A DNA stretch of 64,000 nt from an uncultured cyanobacterium (GTDB lineage: Bacteria; Cyanobacteriota; Cyanobacteriia; Cyanobacteriales; Nostocaceae). The notes beneath the pieces were generated by a model. It ran no database searches and was not told the origin of the DNA. It saw nothing but the letters and a program-made list of their open reading frames with translations. Position 1 is the stretch's first letter. The number at the start of each line of letters is the position of its first letter. The stretch covers positions 2,048,001 to 2,112,000 of the forward strand of contig CAVUDP010000002.1 in the NCBI GenBank assembly GCA_963740315.1, given 5' to 3'. Made by a program: the position numbers and the translations under genes. Below are positions 21,226 to 32,260 of this stretch, piece after piece.

Positions 21226-21602
21226 TGTAAATTACTCTTGTATGAAACACCCATTATTAGCTTAACGCAAGCATTTGTCCTGACGAAATTAAGTGTTTTT
21301 TTTGTTTGGATATTCTTAACTAGATAACCCAAGATACAAATGCAATGCTAAAGCCAGTATATTTTAACTTCTTAGCTAAGTATTGTCAGCTATCTTTAGA
21401 CATAAAGATAAAGTTATCTATCTATTTACTAAACATATAATTATAATTCCCCAAATATAAATAAATGTAAAAATTAAAAATATAACTATTGATTGATGTC
21501 AAAACAAAAAAAATATCACCTTTGAAAGGTACAAATAAATGTTAAAATTACATATAAATAACAAATAGCTTGCTTTGTTAAAATATTTAGGAGAGAGTAA
21601 GT

Positions 21603-21806
21603 ATGAATAGCGAGAAAGCTGTTCTCAGAGATCAAATTCGGCAGCTTGCAGATGAAGCTTTTCATCGCAAGCTTATTTCGGGTTTTGGAGATGGTCCCGA
21701 TAGTAGTGAGTTTCAGATTGTTATTGATGGAAAGCCAAGACATCTACCTTTAGAAGAAGCACGTTCTGTTTTGAATGAGATGTTGCGTACCAATCCAGTT
21801 CAATAA
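21603..21806 (+). CDS. Small hypothetical protein between cphA2 and cphB2
   Basis: AGGAG RBS upstream; globular 67-aa composition. Confidence 0.7.
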   Translation: MNSEKAVLRDQIRQLADEAFHRKLISGFGDGPDSSEFQIVIDGKPRHLPLEEARSVLNEMLRTNPVQ

Positions 21807-22115
21807 ACAGTAAATAATCAACAAATAATCAAAAATTATCAATCAACAATTATCGGTATTGCGATCGCGGCTAAGTTGAATCGGGAATTTATTACTTTGT
21901 AAAAGTATAGCGTCTAAACACTTGCTATAAAAGCAAAAAAAATTCAAGCATAATATATTAAATTAATGGTTTTAGACGTATAATTACAAAGCTGGATCGA
22001 TCCATAGTATCCTCTAATAATTATCGCGGACATTTTTACCCGATAATTGATAATTGATAATTGATAATTTATTTAAATCTAATTTAATACTTATATTATT
22101 TGATGTCTTGAGTTC

Positions 22116-22955
22116 TTGGGAGGCAAGATGATGCAGAATAGCACTAACGGACAACTGCTGATTATCGGCGGTGCGGAAGACAAAGAAAGGGAATGCGAGA
22201 TTTTACGGGAATTTGTGCGCTACGCAGGTGGTACAAAAGCAAGACTTGCGATCGTGACTGCTGCAACAGACTTGCCCATAGAAGTAGGAAACCAATATAT
22301 TCGCATATTCGAGAATTTAGGTGCGGAAAATTCTTGCATAATTGATACCAGAAGCAGAGAAGATGCAGATTCATCTACTGTATTGGAAGATATCGAGCAA
22401 GCTACTGGGATATTTTTTACTGGAGGCGATCAAACTAGAATTGTCGATATCATCAAGGATACTCAATTAGATGCAGCGATTCACCGGCGTTTTTCTGAAG
22501 GAGTCATCATCGCAGGTACCAGTGCTGGGGCTGCAATGATGCCGGATATGATGATTTTTGAAGGCGATTCCGAAACAAATCCTCGGATGGAAATTGTAAA
22601 AATGTCTCCCGGAATGGGTTTTTTCCCAGGAGTAATTATAGATCAGCATTTTCTACAACGCGGTCGCATAGGACGTTTAATTTCAGCTTTAGCGCAGCAA
22701 AAACAAGCAGTTTTGGGATTTGGAATTGACGAAAATACTGCGATTTTAGTTGTTGATAATAAAATTCAAGTGATTGGAGAAGGTGCTGTTACTATCATCG
22801 ACAAGTCAGATATTACTCACAGCAATATTGACGATATTTTGAAAGACGAAGCGTTAGCAATTTGCGGTGCAAAGTTACATATTTTGCCCAAAGGATACGA
22901 GTTTGATTTAGAGACTCGCAAGCCGATTTTGAATCAGTTAGCAGTTAGTAGTTAG
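22116..22955 (+). CDS. cphB: Cyanophycinase (CphB2-like, peptidase S51)
   Basis: IIGGAEDK, FTGGDQ, GTSAGA nucleophile, DQHF, GIDENTA. Confidence 0.93.
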   Translation: MGGKMMQNSTNGQLLIIGGAEDKERECEILREFVRYAGGTKARLAIVTAATDLPIEVGNQYIRIFENLGAENSCIIDTRSREDADSSTVLEDIEQATGIFFTGGDQTRIVDIIKDTQLDAAIHRRFSEGVIIAGTSAGAAMMPDMMIFEGDSETNPRMEIVKMSPGMGFFPGVIIDQHFLQRGRIGRLISALAQQKQAVLGFGIDENTAILVVDNKIQVIGEGAVTIIDKSDITHSNIDDILKDEALAICGAKLHILPKGYEFDLETRKPILNQLAVSS

Positions 22956-23319
22956 CAGTTACCAACTAAAAGTTAGTAGCACTTCAAATCTTGTAGCAGT
23001 GTTATAAACCACGTTTCAAGATTATTTGAAAACGACATATTCACGGGTTCACCGCGCTTGTGCGGCATCGCGTGCTATTTATCATGTTTTCACGAAGAGA
23101 AACCGGGTTTATGCAGGGCAACTTGCTCGTGGTGCAACAAGTCAGTAGTACCGGAGATGAGCAGATTATGAAATATGGCATCATTTAATTACACTACTAC
23201 CCAACGTATAAAAACATTCGCAGATTAGTTTGGACACACTTTATCCCCTTCTCATGTCATTAATTGTTCTGCTGCGGTTATGGCGCAAGGGCAATTTTAA
23301 GAGCAAAATGGGGGAACTG

Positions 23320-23970
23320 ATGAAAAAGAGAATTTATTTTACAACTATTGCAGCGATCGCGGTATTTGGTGTTGGTTTAGTTATTACAAACAATACAACT
23401 AATGGAGCAGCACAAAGTACCGAAAAAGTATTTGCAAGTGCTGAAATTATTGAGGATTTGACAGTTACAAGAGTAGAGGGGAGCTTTATTGCACCAAAAG
23501 ATATAGAGGATTTAATTGCAAAATCAGATATTATCGTTATTGGAAAACCAACACAATCGATCGCGGAAAGTACACCCTTAATTCAACGTGATTCTGAGGG
23601 TTATGTTACTGAAGCAATCTCCCAAACTGAATTTAAAGTACAACTTGCGATCGAAGGTGCGTCACCTTCTGACACGCTATTAATTGGACAACAAGCAGCT
23701 ATAATTCCAGACAAAAATACTGCTAAAAGTGTTCTCCAGGTATTTGACGATTACCAACCCTTAGTTAAAAATGCGAAATACATTCTTTTTCTTAAGAAAG
23801 GTTTGAATGGTAGTCCATTGTATTTTCCTGTAGGGCTTTATTACGGTCAATTTAATATTGATGGCACAGATAGCGCTGAAAATCAAATAGAAAGTCCACA
23901 TTTCAAATCGATACGAAAGGACGTGATGGAAAGATTTAAGGAAGTTATAGATCGTGCATCAGTTAGTTAG
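23320..23970 (+). CDS. Secreted hypothetical protein (likely start MKKRIYF at 23320)
   Basis: Basic plus hydrophobic signal sequence; DLIAKSDIIVIGK...YILFLKK pattern. Confidence 0.65.
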   Translation: MKKRIYFTTIAAIAVFGVGLVITNNTTNGAAQSTEKVFASAEIIEDLTVTRVEGSFIAPKDIEDLIAKSDIIVIGKPTQSIAESTPLIQRDSEGYVTEAISQTEFKVQLAIEGASPSDTLLIGQQAAIIPDKNTAKSVLQVFDDYQPLVKNAKYILFLKKGLNGSPLYFPVGLYYGQFNIDGTDSAENQIESPHFKSIRKDVMERFKEVIDRASVS

Positions 23971-24352
23971 CAATGCAATTTCGCTTTACTTGAAAGCAAG
24001 TAAACAGCTTAGTCTTGTTTAGTAACTGCTGTTAATAGTTAATAGTTATACCGTTTCTGTATAAAGATGCGCTTAATTTAGCCTACGTAGGTAGGCTTTG
24101 TAATATTAGCCCCAGCCTTCTAGGCTGCGGGTGTTTTAGCGCAGCCTCATACAGAATTGGTATTAGGAGTGATAAAATTTTAGATTTTGAATTTTGGATT
24201 GGGAGTTAGGAATTTTCTCCCCATCTCCCCATCTCCCCATCTCCCCATCTCCTTGTCTCCCCATCCCACCGTCTCACCCTAATTAATCTCACAGCCAAAT
24301 GCCTGTGATAATATGAGAAATTGCTGCGCTTATTAAAGAAAAAAGTCGAGTT

Positions 24353-24622
24353 ATGAGTCTAACACAAGAAAAAAAGCAAGAGTTAATCTCGGAATATCAA
24401 GTCCACGAAACCGATACTGGTTCTTCTGAAGTGCAAGTTGCCATGCTCACCGAACGGATTAACCGTTTGAGCAAACATTTGCAAGTTAATAAAAAAGACC
24501 ATTCTTCCCGTCGGGGACTTTTGAAGATGATTGGTCAACGTAAGCGTCTTTTGTCTTATATTCAAAGAGGAGATCGCGAACGTTATAAAACTTTAATTCG
24601 CAGTCTCGGTATTCGTGGGTAA
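24353..24622 (+). CDS. rpsO: 30S ribosomal protein S15
   Basis: [13 protein letters not shown]...[21 protein letters not shown]. Confidence 0.99.
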   Translation: MSLTQEKKQELISEYQVHETDTGSSEVQVAMLTERINRLSKHLQVNKKDHSSRRGLLKMIGQRKRLLSYIQRGDRERYKTLIRSLGIRG

Positions 24623-24640
24623 AATAAAGAGCCGCTAATT

Positions 24641-25108
24641 ATGTCTGCCGAATCCGAACGCAACCGCTTACCTTTTGAACCGAATAAAAAACGCCAAAAA
24701 CCAGCAAAAACAAAGGCTCAAACGCCAATTGTGAAGGAAGATGCTGAAAAGGGGGACTCCAATAAGCCTCCTTTTACTAAACAAGAAATGGCTATTCCCG
24801 AAGTTGTTAGCCAGCGAATGATTAGACGAGTAGCTTGGTTATGTGGATTACCAACCGTATTGGGTATTCTGACTTTAGTTGCTAGCTATTTGCTGATAAT
24901 TTACGCCGATATCAAACTTGCTCCCACCTTGGTACTGCTTGTCAATATGGGGCTGTTCGGTTTGGGAGTTTTAGGAATCACTTATGGGGTTCTTTCCGCT
25001 TCTTGGGATGAACAAAGAGCGGGGACTTTGCTTGGTTGGAGCGAATTTACTACCAATTTTGGACGAATGGTAGCAGGTTGGCGCGAGACTCGGCAAAAAA
25101 AAGTATAA
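24641..25108 (+). CDS. PAM68-family PSII assembly factor (DUF3464)
   Basis: IPEVVSQRMIRR, two TM helices, YGVLSASWDE...GWSEF; follows rpsO as usual in cyanobacteria. Confidence 0.9.
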   Translation: MSAESERNRLPFEPNKKRQKPAKTKAQTPIVKEDAEKGDSNKPPFTKQEMAIPEVVSQRMIRRVAWLCGLPTVLGILTLVASYLLIIYADIKLAPTLVLLVNMGLFGLGVLGITYGVLSASWDEQRAGTLLGWSEFTTNFGRMVAGWRETRQKKV

Positions 25109-25227
25109 TTTTGGCGATCGGCGAACGCATCGCTAATTAATAAAAATGATTTTGAATGAAGAATGAAGGATGAAGCATGATTTTCGTTCTTCATTCTTTG
25201 TTTATTCGGTTATATCATGTTCGTTTA

Positions 25228-25383
25228 AGAGGATGTTTTCCAAGTCATAAATAAAACCATAGACTTTCAGATCCCCCTAAATCCCCCTTAAAAAAGGGGG
25301 ACTTTTTAACCCCCCCCTTTATAAGGGGGGAAGGGGGGATAATCCGGGAATTGCGTAAAAACGATACTTGGAAAACATCCTCT
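25228..25383. mobile_element. Complete MITE with 18-bp terminal inverted repeats
   Basis: AGAGGATGTTTTCCAAGT ... ACTTGGAAAACATCCTCT; internal CCCCCTTAAAAAAGGGGG hairpins; no ORF. Confidence 0.8.
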
Positions 25384-25583
25384 AAACGCTTATCATATCT
25401 GTGAGGATAGGTAATTGGTAATTTGTAATAAAAAATTATCTGCCGCTTAAATGTCAGTTGCTGGTTTTATCTAACAATTATTAAATTTTTATGTGCGAAT
25501 TTTGACTTTTTTCTGTTAAACGAGAATTAGCTATTAACGTTAAATTTTAAGTAGTAATAAAACTAAATATCGGGAAATTTACC

Positions 25584-26639
25584 ATGATTGTAGTAATGAA
25601 AGTTGGTTCCCCAGAAGCGGAAATTAAACGCATTAGTGAAGAAATGAGTAACTGGGGACTGACACCAGAGAAAATAGTTGGTCAACACAAGGTAGTAATT
25701 GGTTTAGTTGGAGAAACAGCGAGTTTAGATCCACTGCAAATTCAAGAAGTAAGTCCTTGGATCGAGCAAGTTTTGCGGGTGGAAAAGCCTTACAAACGGG
25801 CTAGCCGTCAGTTTCGCCACGGGGAAGCTTCAGAGATTATAGTTAATACTCCCGATGGTAAAGTTACATTTGGTGAAAATCATCCAATGGTGGTAATCGC
25901 CGGTCCTTGTTCGGTAGAAAATGAAGAAATGATTGTAGAAACAGCGCAGCGCGTCAAAGCTGCTGGAGCTAAGTTTCTGCGTGGGGGTGCTTACAAACCC
26001 CGTACTTCACCTTATGCTTTCCAGGGACATGGTGAAAGCGCTTTAGAATTATTAGCGAAAGCAAGAGAAGTCAGCGGATTGGGAATTATTACCGAAGTAA
26101 TGGATGCTGCTGACTTGGACAAAATCGTAGAAGTTGCAGATGTCGTTCAAGTAGGTGCGAGAAATATGCAGAATTTCTCATTACTTAAAAAAGTCGGAGC
26201 GCAACCGAAGCCGGTTTTCTTGAAGCGGGGAATGTCAGCAACTATTGAAGAATGGTTAATGGCTGCTGAATACGTGCTTGCTGCGGGAAATTCCAACGTT
26301 ATCTTATGCGAACGCGGTATTCGTTCCTTCGATCGCCAATATACTCGCAATACCTTAGATTTATCAGTAATACCCGTATTAAGAAAACTGACTCATTTAC
26401 CGATCGCGATCGACCCCTCACACGGTACGGGTTTATCAGAATGCGTTCCTTCAATGGCAATGGCAGCTATAGCAGCCGGATGCGATTCCTTAATGATAGA
26501 AGTTCATCCCAACCCCGCCAAAGCTTTATCCGATGGACCTCAATCCCTTACACCAGAACGTTTTGACCGCTTGATGCAAGAATTAGCAGTCATAGGTAAA
26601 GCTGTAGGGCGTTGGGAGCAAGCTGTGGCGATCGCTTGA
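25584..26639 (+). CDS. aroF: DAHP synthase (class I-beta), housekeeping copy
   Basis: IAGPCSVE, GGAYKPRTSPY, CERGIR, DPSH, IEVHPNP. Confidence 0.96.
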   Translation: MIVVMKVGSPEAEIKRISEEMSNWGLTPEKIVGQHKVVIGLVGETASLDPLQIQEVSPWIEQVLRVEKPYKRASRQFRHGEASEIIVNTPDGKVTFGENHPMVVIAGPCSVENEEMIVETAQRVKAAGAKFLRGGAYKPRTSPYAFQGHGESALELLAKAREVSGLGIITEVMDAADLDKIVEVADVVQVGARNMQNFSLLKKVGAQPKPVFLKRGMSATIEEWLMAAEYVLAAGNSNVILCERGIRSFDRQYTRNTLDLSVIPVLRKLTHLPIAIDPSHGTGLSECVPSMAMAAIAAGCDSLMIEVHPNPAKALSDGPQSLTPERFDRLMQELAVIGKAVGRWEQAVAIA

Positions 26640-26870
26640 TCGAGATAGGGGGATGGGGGAGAGGGGGTAGAGGGGGTTCGGGGGAGATGGGGTTCGGGGG
26701 AGATGGGGAGATGGGGTTCGGGGGAGATGGGGAGACAAGGGGATGGGGAGAGTGGGAGATGGGGAGATGGAGAGAAAAATTATTGCAGCAGGGAGCGAGA
26801 CGCTCCCACTACATTTCTAACTCCTTACCTTTAACCTTTAACCTTTGACATGCAGACCTTTAACCTTTTT

Positions 26871-27827
26871 TTACCGTCTTCTACGTCCGCTACCGAAGCC
26901 ACCGCTACGACTACGGGTTCTGGAGGAACGAGAACGGGTTCCGCTACCGAAACTGCTGTTGGAAGGACGGTTTCTTACTGACCCGGATTTACCGGATTGT
27001 CTTAAAGTGCTGCTGCCAAATCCGGAACCTGTGGAGCGACTGTTACCAGTAGTTCTACGGGGAGTAGTGCGGGTACTAGTTCCGAAACCTGAGCTTCCAG
27101 GATTTCTTCGGGTATTAGTTCCGAAACTTGAACTTCCAGGATTTCTTCTGAGGTTTCCTGTGGTACGGAAAGTGGTACGGTTTCTTACTGCTGCTGGTGG
27201 TTCGTTATAGCGTTGGCGATAATTACCAACTGCGGCATCATAGCTATTACCATATCCACCAAAACCAGTATAATTAGTCCTTCCCGGCTGATATGCGGGT
27301 GGTACGTAATACTGGGGTCTAAATAACAAACTACCGATCGCTTGACCGGCAACTTGACCGGCGACTGCACCAGCAAAAGGTGCCCAAAAACCGTTGTTTC
27401 GCTGGACTACAACTGTTCGATCTTGTCCGGTTTGGGGGTCGGTTCTGGTTTCGGTAACGTTTTGAGTGTATTCGATTTTAAAGTCTGGTGTTAAATAAAG
27501 TGCGGGCTGTCCGTTTTCAACTTTTAAATAGCTAGTTTTACCTTCTTTAATTTGTTCTTCGGTAAGCCGCGCCATTTGCAACTTATCAGTTTTAAAAGTT
27601 GGAGAAGGGCTATTTAATAAAAATAACGTGTATTCTCCATCAGCATCGTTGTAACTGGCTTGCTGTACGGGATATTCACCATCGCTGATTCGGGTGTTTG
27701 TTGAAGTTCGAGTTACATTTCTAGCTTGCGGATTGCTTGTTGTAGTTCCGCCACCACAAGCAACTGTTGTAAAACACAAACTCAAAGCTAAAAAAACCGC
27801 TGTAAATTTACGCAAAATTGTCATCAT
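26871..27827 (-). CDS. Lipoprotein with Arg/Ser/Gly-rich disordered tail
   Basis: TVAC lipobox; C-terminal RRNPGSSxFG repeats and SRSGGFGSGRRRR. Confidence 0.75.
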   Translation of the reverse strand: MMTILRKFTAVFLALSLCFTTVACGGGTTTSNPQARNVTRTSTNTRISDGEYPVQQASYNDADGEYTLFLLNSPSPTFKTDKLQMARLTEEQIKEGKTSYLKVENGQPALYLTPDFKIEYTQNVTETRTDPQTGQDRTVVVQRNNGFWAPFAGAVAGQVAGQAIGSLLFRPQYYVPPAYQPGRTNYTGFGGYGNSYDAAVGNYRQRYNEPPAAVRNRTTFRTTGNLRRNPGSSSFGTNTRRNPGSSGFGTSTRTTPRRTTGNSRSTGSGFGSSTLRQSGKSGSVRNRPSNSSFGSGTRSRSSRTRSRSGGFGSGRRRR

Positions 27828-28057
27828 TTGATATTTTTTCTTCTATCTTTGAGCTTAACAACTTCTTTATTGGCTTGAGAGGTAGGGAGAACCGACTTTT
27901 ATTGAATAGGGAGTAGGGAGTAGGGAGTAGGGAGTGAAGAGTTAGGACCACCGGAGTGAGGACCACCGGAGTTAGGAGTTAGTTAATTAGTTTTCTCCTT
28001 GTCCCCCCATCCCCCCATCTCCCCCGTTCCCCGTTCCCTACTCCCCACTCCTAAATA

Positions 28058-28639
28058 TTACAAAGGAATCAATTCTGTAAAATGCTGTAACAATTGGTCG
28101 TTATTGAGTTCGTCACCTAATTGCGCTGGGGAAAAGTGTACCTGAATTGCTCGTAATTTATGTTTGAAATGTAAATTAATTAAAGCTTTAAAAGCTTCTT
28201 GAAGCGCAGCAATGTTTGACAAATCTTCTTCTAATTCCGGTACTTCTCCCTCATAAGCAGCTGTAATCATCACTACTACATTGCGCGTTACGGGAACGGA
28301 AAAAGAGTCATCGGCATCAGAATAATTTTCCGGTGGTTCGCTTAAATAACGTTGTGCGGAGTCGGTAAACAATTCTTGAAAGTAGTCTCCCGCATCCCCT
28401 TCTTCCCAAAATACATCGCCTTCATTAGCGGCTGACATCCAGTATTCGTCGTATTGCAATAGACTTTCGCAGATTTTGACTAATTCTTCTCCCATAACTT
28501 CCATATCACCTTCAGCATCACTCGCTTCTCTACCGCTACGGTTGAGTACTCCCAAAATTGGTGCAACTTCCGAACCACTTAGATGTATCATTATCCGACA
28601 AACTACATAACGGGTACGACCCATCATTTTATTAAACAT
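28058..28639 (-). CDS. DUF1517-domain protein
   Basis: Acidic; VVMITAA and AIQVHFSPAQLGDEL...LLQHFTELIPL match the DUF1517 C-terminal pattern. Confidence 0.7.
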   Translation of the reverse strand: MFNKMMGRTRYVVCRIMIHLSGSEVAPILGVLNRSGREASDAEGDMEVMGEELVKICESLLQYDEYWMSAANEGDVFWEEGDAGDYFQELFTDSAQRYLSEPPENYSDADDSFSVPVTRNVVVMITAAYEGEVPELEEDLSNIAALQEAFKALINLHFKHKLRAIQVHFSPAQLGDELNNDQLLQHFTELIPL

Positions 28640-28965
28640 TGTTTTTGCTCCTTTATCGGTTTATTTGAATCAATACTATTATGAATGGGGATTGAGCATG
28701 GGGCATGGGGCATAGGGCATTGGGTCTTAGAAATTATTTTTGAGATTTATTAAATTAAATTACTATTTATATACAAGGATTCAAAGTATTAAAAAAAACA
28801 ATTAGATCAACTAATATTAATTTTAAAATAGCTATGAGTACTATAGATAAGTATAAAGAATAAGACTTATCTATAAAGGATGAAAAATTTGAATTATATA
28901 TCTATGCCTGAAGGTCATTGCTTTATATCCCAATGCCCTATTCCCTATTCCCTATTCCCTATTCT

Positions 28966-30525
28966 TTAATTAATATAATGAAAACCTTTAAAGAAATCGG
29001 CGATCGCATTTATTGATGGCTGTCTGGATTTGGAAAGTTCGCTTAATTCATCTTCATATAAAGCAGCTTCAATTTGAGGATGGTCAATCAATCTTTTACC
29101 AAAATGCGGACTATCATAAATCATCAAATTTTTGGCGCTAGTATTTGTTAAAATTGTTCGTGTAGGAGCTTTAAAAAAGTTTAACTTTGCTGCAATTCCG
29201 AGAATTTTTGTGGTAACTTTGATATTTTTTACATTCTGCATTGCTTGCTCTAATAAAGAAGTTAATTTTTGCATTTGCCCTAAAGTAATTAACTGCCCAG
29301 TTGTATCTTGACTGGCGATCGTTTCTATGGCTGTATATATACTTTTTTGAGTAGCAACAGCATCTCTAAACGGAAGAATTGCCATGTAAGCAATGGTAAA
29401 TAAACTTTCATCGCTATCTGCACGGAAAGTAAAAACAGTGCGACGGCGACCAATTTCCATGCTAGGAGGTTGTTTTAATTCCCGAAATTTTTGAGTTATT
29501 TGGAAATAAGCTCCAGCCAAAGCAAAATTCGCTTCTGGGTCTAAAGGTCTATCTATAATAATACGAATAGTAGGGGGAGTTTCGTTGAAAAAGTCTCCCG
29601 AATCTTCAGCATTCAAGCGATGAACAATTGAGCGATCGCCAAGTTGACTCAAATCCACCCATTCACAAATCATGGCTTCAGTTTTCAAGCCAAATCGAGA
29701 GGTAGCGTAGAGTTTTGCGCCGGTTAAAGTTGCTCCAGTTAAATCTGCACCAACCCATTCAGCTTCAATTAATTTTGCTTCAGTTAAATCGGCGTGTACG
29801 AAACTTGTATTAGTTAAATTAGCATTGCTTAAATCGGCACCAGCCAAATTTGCACCGCTTAATTTTGCGCCGCTCAAATCTGCCCAAGAAAGATTAGCGC
29901 CTCTTAAATCAGCCCAGCGAAGATTTGCATCACCCAAATTAGCGCCACTAAGATTAGCGCGAAACAGATTCACCTGACGAAGTTCGGCTTCTCGCAAGTT
30001 TGCACCACTCAAGTCGGCACGAGTTAAATCGGTAGAATTTAAAGTCGCTTGTTCTAAATTTGCCGCTACCAAAGACGCACCTGTCAAACAAGCTTGATTC
30101 AAATTAGCACCTCGTAAAACAGCGTGTCGTAACGTAGCTTCGCGTAAATCGGCATTGCTCAAATTTGCTTCCGATAAATTAGCACGACTGAAATCAGCAC
30201 GAATTAATTCACCTCGTATTAAATTCGCTTTAACTAATTGAGCATTGTTTAAATTAGCTCGAATTAAATTCGCAACATTCAAACTAGCTTTATAGAGATT
30301 AGCACCTTCAAGGTGAGCGCCACTCAGCCTTGCAACATTAAGCAGGGCATAACTTAAATTAGCCTTAGTAAGATTAGCGCCGCTAAAATTTACAATGCTT
30401 AAATTAGCATGGCTAAAATCCACACCACTAAGTTTGACTCCACATAAATTAGCTTCAGAAAGTTGAATATTTCTAAAATCCGTAAATCCCCGAGCGTATT
30501 TTTCTAATAATTCCTCTACAGTCAT
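28966..30525 (-). CDS. Pentapeptide-repeat protein
   Basis: About 50 A(N/D)LxX repeats followed by a globular C-terminal domain. Confidence 0.93.
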   Translation of the reverse strand: MTVEELLEKYARGFTDFRNIQLSEANLCGVKLSGVDFSHANLSIVNFSGANLTKANLSYALLNVARLSGAHLEGANLYKASLNVANLIRANLNNAQLVKANLIRGELIRADFSRANLSEANLSNADLREATLRHAVLRGANLNQACLTGASLVAANLEQATLNSTDLTRADLSGANLREAELRQVNLFRANLSGANLGDANLRWADLRGANLSWADLSGAKLSGANLAGADLSNANLTNTSFVHADLTEAKLIEAEWVGADLTGATLTGAKLYATSRFGLKTEAMICEWVDLSQLGDRSIVHRLNAEDSGDFFNETPPTIRIIIDRPLDPEANFALAGAYFQITQKFRELKQPPSMEIGRRRTVFTFRADSDESLFTIAYMAILPFRDAVATQKSIYTAIETIASQDTTGQLITLGQMQKLTSLLEQAMQNVKNIKVTTKILGIAAKLNFFKAPTRTILTNTSAKNLMIYDSPHFGKRLIDHPQIEAALYEDELSELSKSRQPSINAIADFFKGFHYIN

Positions 30526-30732
30526 CGATGCTACCTCTGATTTTTTAATAATTGCTAAATTATGCGGAAATTAAGTAATATCTAATTCATAAATGGGAAT
30601 TGGTGATTGGGCATGGGGCATGGGGCATTGAGTTAAGAATTAAGAGTTAAAAGTTATTAGTTTTAATTTCTCCCCATCTCCCCCTCTCCCCCTCTCCCCC
30701 CTCTACCCCATGCCCTTTTATAGAAATTAAAT

Positions 30733-31575
30733 ATGATAATCGGTATTGTTGGTCTTGGATTAATCGGTGGTTCTTTAGGTTTAGACTTAAAAAAGCAAGG
30801 ACATTGCGTTTTAGGAATCAGCCGCCGCGATTCAACTACTCAAAGAGCAATTTCTCTGGGCGCTGTTTCCCAAGCGTCAGTTAATATGAGCTTGCTCTCG
30901 GAGGCAGAAGTAGTATTTATTTGTACGCCTCTGGATTTTATTATTCCCACACTTGAGCAATTGATTGCTCATTTACCAAGTTCTTGTGTAATAACTGACG
31001 TAGGTTCGGTGAAAACCCCTATTGTGAAAGGGATTTCGCCGGTATGGGAAAATTTTGTTGGCGGGCACCCAATGGCGGGTAGTACCGATTCGGGTATAGA
31101 AGCTGCACGTTCAAATTTATTTAACGATAAGCCCTACGTACTTACACCTATAAATACAACTCCGACAGAAGCGATCGCAGTTATTGAAAATCTTATAATT
31201 CAGCTAGGGGTGAATATTCATTACTGTTCCCCCGAAGAACACGATAAAGCAGTCAGCTTGATTTCTCATTTACCAGTAATGGCGAGTGCTTCCTTGATTG
31301 GGGCTTGCGATCGAGAAACCGATTCTCAAGTGCAGACTCTAGCTCAAAAGTTCGCTAGCTCCGGCTTTCGCGATACATCTCGCGTTGGTGGAGGGAATCC
31401 GGAATTGGGGGTGATGATGGCAAAATACAATCGAGAAGCTTTGTTGATGTCGCTGCAAAAGTATCGCGAAAATCTTAATGAATTGGTTGGTTTAATTGAA
31501 CGAGAAGATTGGGTGAGTTTGGAGCAAGTTTTGCATTCAACTCAAGAAGCACGGGGTAAGTTTGTTAGGGAGTGA
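30733..31575 (+). CDS. tyrA: Prephenate/arogenate dehydrogenase, housekeeping copy
   Basis: GLGLIGGS Rossmann motif, DVGSVK, GGHPMAG, SHLP, GFRDTSRV. Confidence 0.93.
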   Translation: MIIGIVGLGLIGGSLGLDLKKQGHCVLGISRRDSTTQRAISLGAVSQASVNMSLLSEAEVVFICTPLDFIIPTLEQLIAHLPSSCVITDVGSVKTPIVKGISPVWENFVGGHPMAGSTDSGIEAARSNLFNDKPYVLTPINTTPTEAIAVIENLIIQLGVNIHYCSPEEHDKAVSLISHLPVMASASLIGACDRETDSQVQTLAQKFASSGFRDTSRVGGGNPELGVMMAKYNREALLMSLQKYRENLNELVGLIEREDWVSLEQVLHSTQEARGKFVRE

Positions 31576-31783
31576 GGGGATTTTCCTCAGTCAGCCAGGG
31601 ATTGAAAATCCCTGTCTCATAACGAAAGTCCTCTAAAGAGGACTGTTAAAAAGTTGCCAACAAAACTAATCTTGGGTTAAAAAGAGATATTGATGAGTAC
31701 CGCAGATTATTCAATCATCTGTTACGTTTGTACAAGTTGAAAAATCTGTATTTAATACACCTTATAAAGCAGGCAAAACAGCG

Positions 31784-32260
31784 ATGACAACTTTATATAA
31801 ATCAGTTTTAAATTTCTTTATTCAAGATGATTGGAACTATACGGAAATTGAACGAGGGGAAGCTCTCAGTGTAGAAGTAAAAATGGAAAATAGTAATTGT
31901 ACTTGTTATGCTATTGTCTATGATGAAGTAAATACTTTTAAATTCTACTCGATGTCTCCTGTAAAAATACCTAAGAAAAAGTTTTTACCAATAGCAGAAT
32001 TCTTAACTAGAGCAAACTATGGTCTTGTGTTAGGTAATTTTGAAATGGATTTTAGTGATGGAGAAGTACGCTACAAAACTAGTATTTATGTAGCAGATAA
32101 CGAATTAGATTTTCCAGTGATAAAAAGAATGGTTTATTCAAATTTGTTAACACTAGATAAATACTTACCCGCAATAATGAAAGTTATTTATAGTAATATA
32201 TCGCCAGAAGAGGCAATCAATGAGATAGAAGAAGAGGAAGAGGAAGAAGAAGCAGCATAA
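31784..32260 (+). CDS. YbjN-domain protein with poly-Glu tail
   Basis: AEFLTRANYGLVLGNFEMDFSDGEVRYK motif. Confidence 0.8.
   Translation: MTTLYKSVLNFFIQDDWNYTEIERGEALSVEVKMENSNCTCYAIVYDEVNTFKFYSMSPVKIPKKKFLPIAEFLTRANYGLVLGNFEMDFSDGEVRYKTSIYVADNELDFPVIKRMVYSNLLTLDKYLPAIMKVIYSNISPEEAINEIEEEEEEEEAA

Noticed and set aside
26612..26848. Gly-rich ORF after aroF (and similar ORFs at 1940, 46318 start, 50944, 59920, 61125)
   Set aside because: Translations of STRR tracts or antisense overlaps
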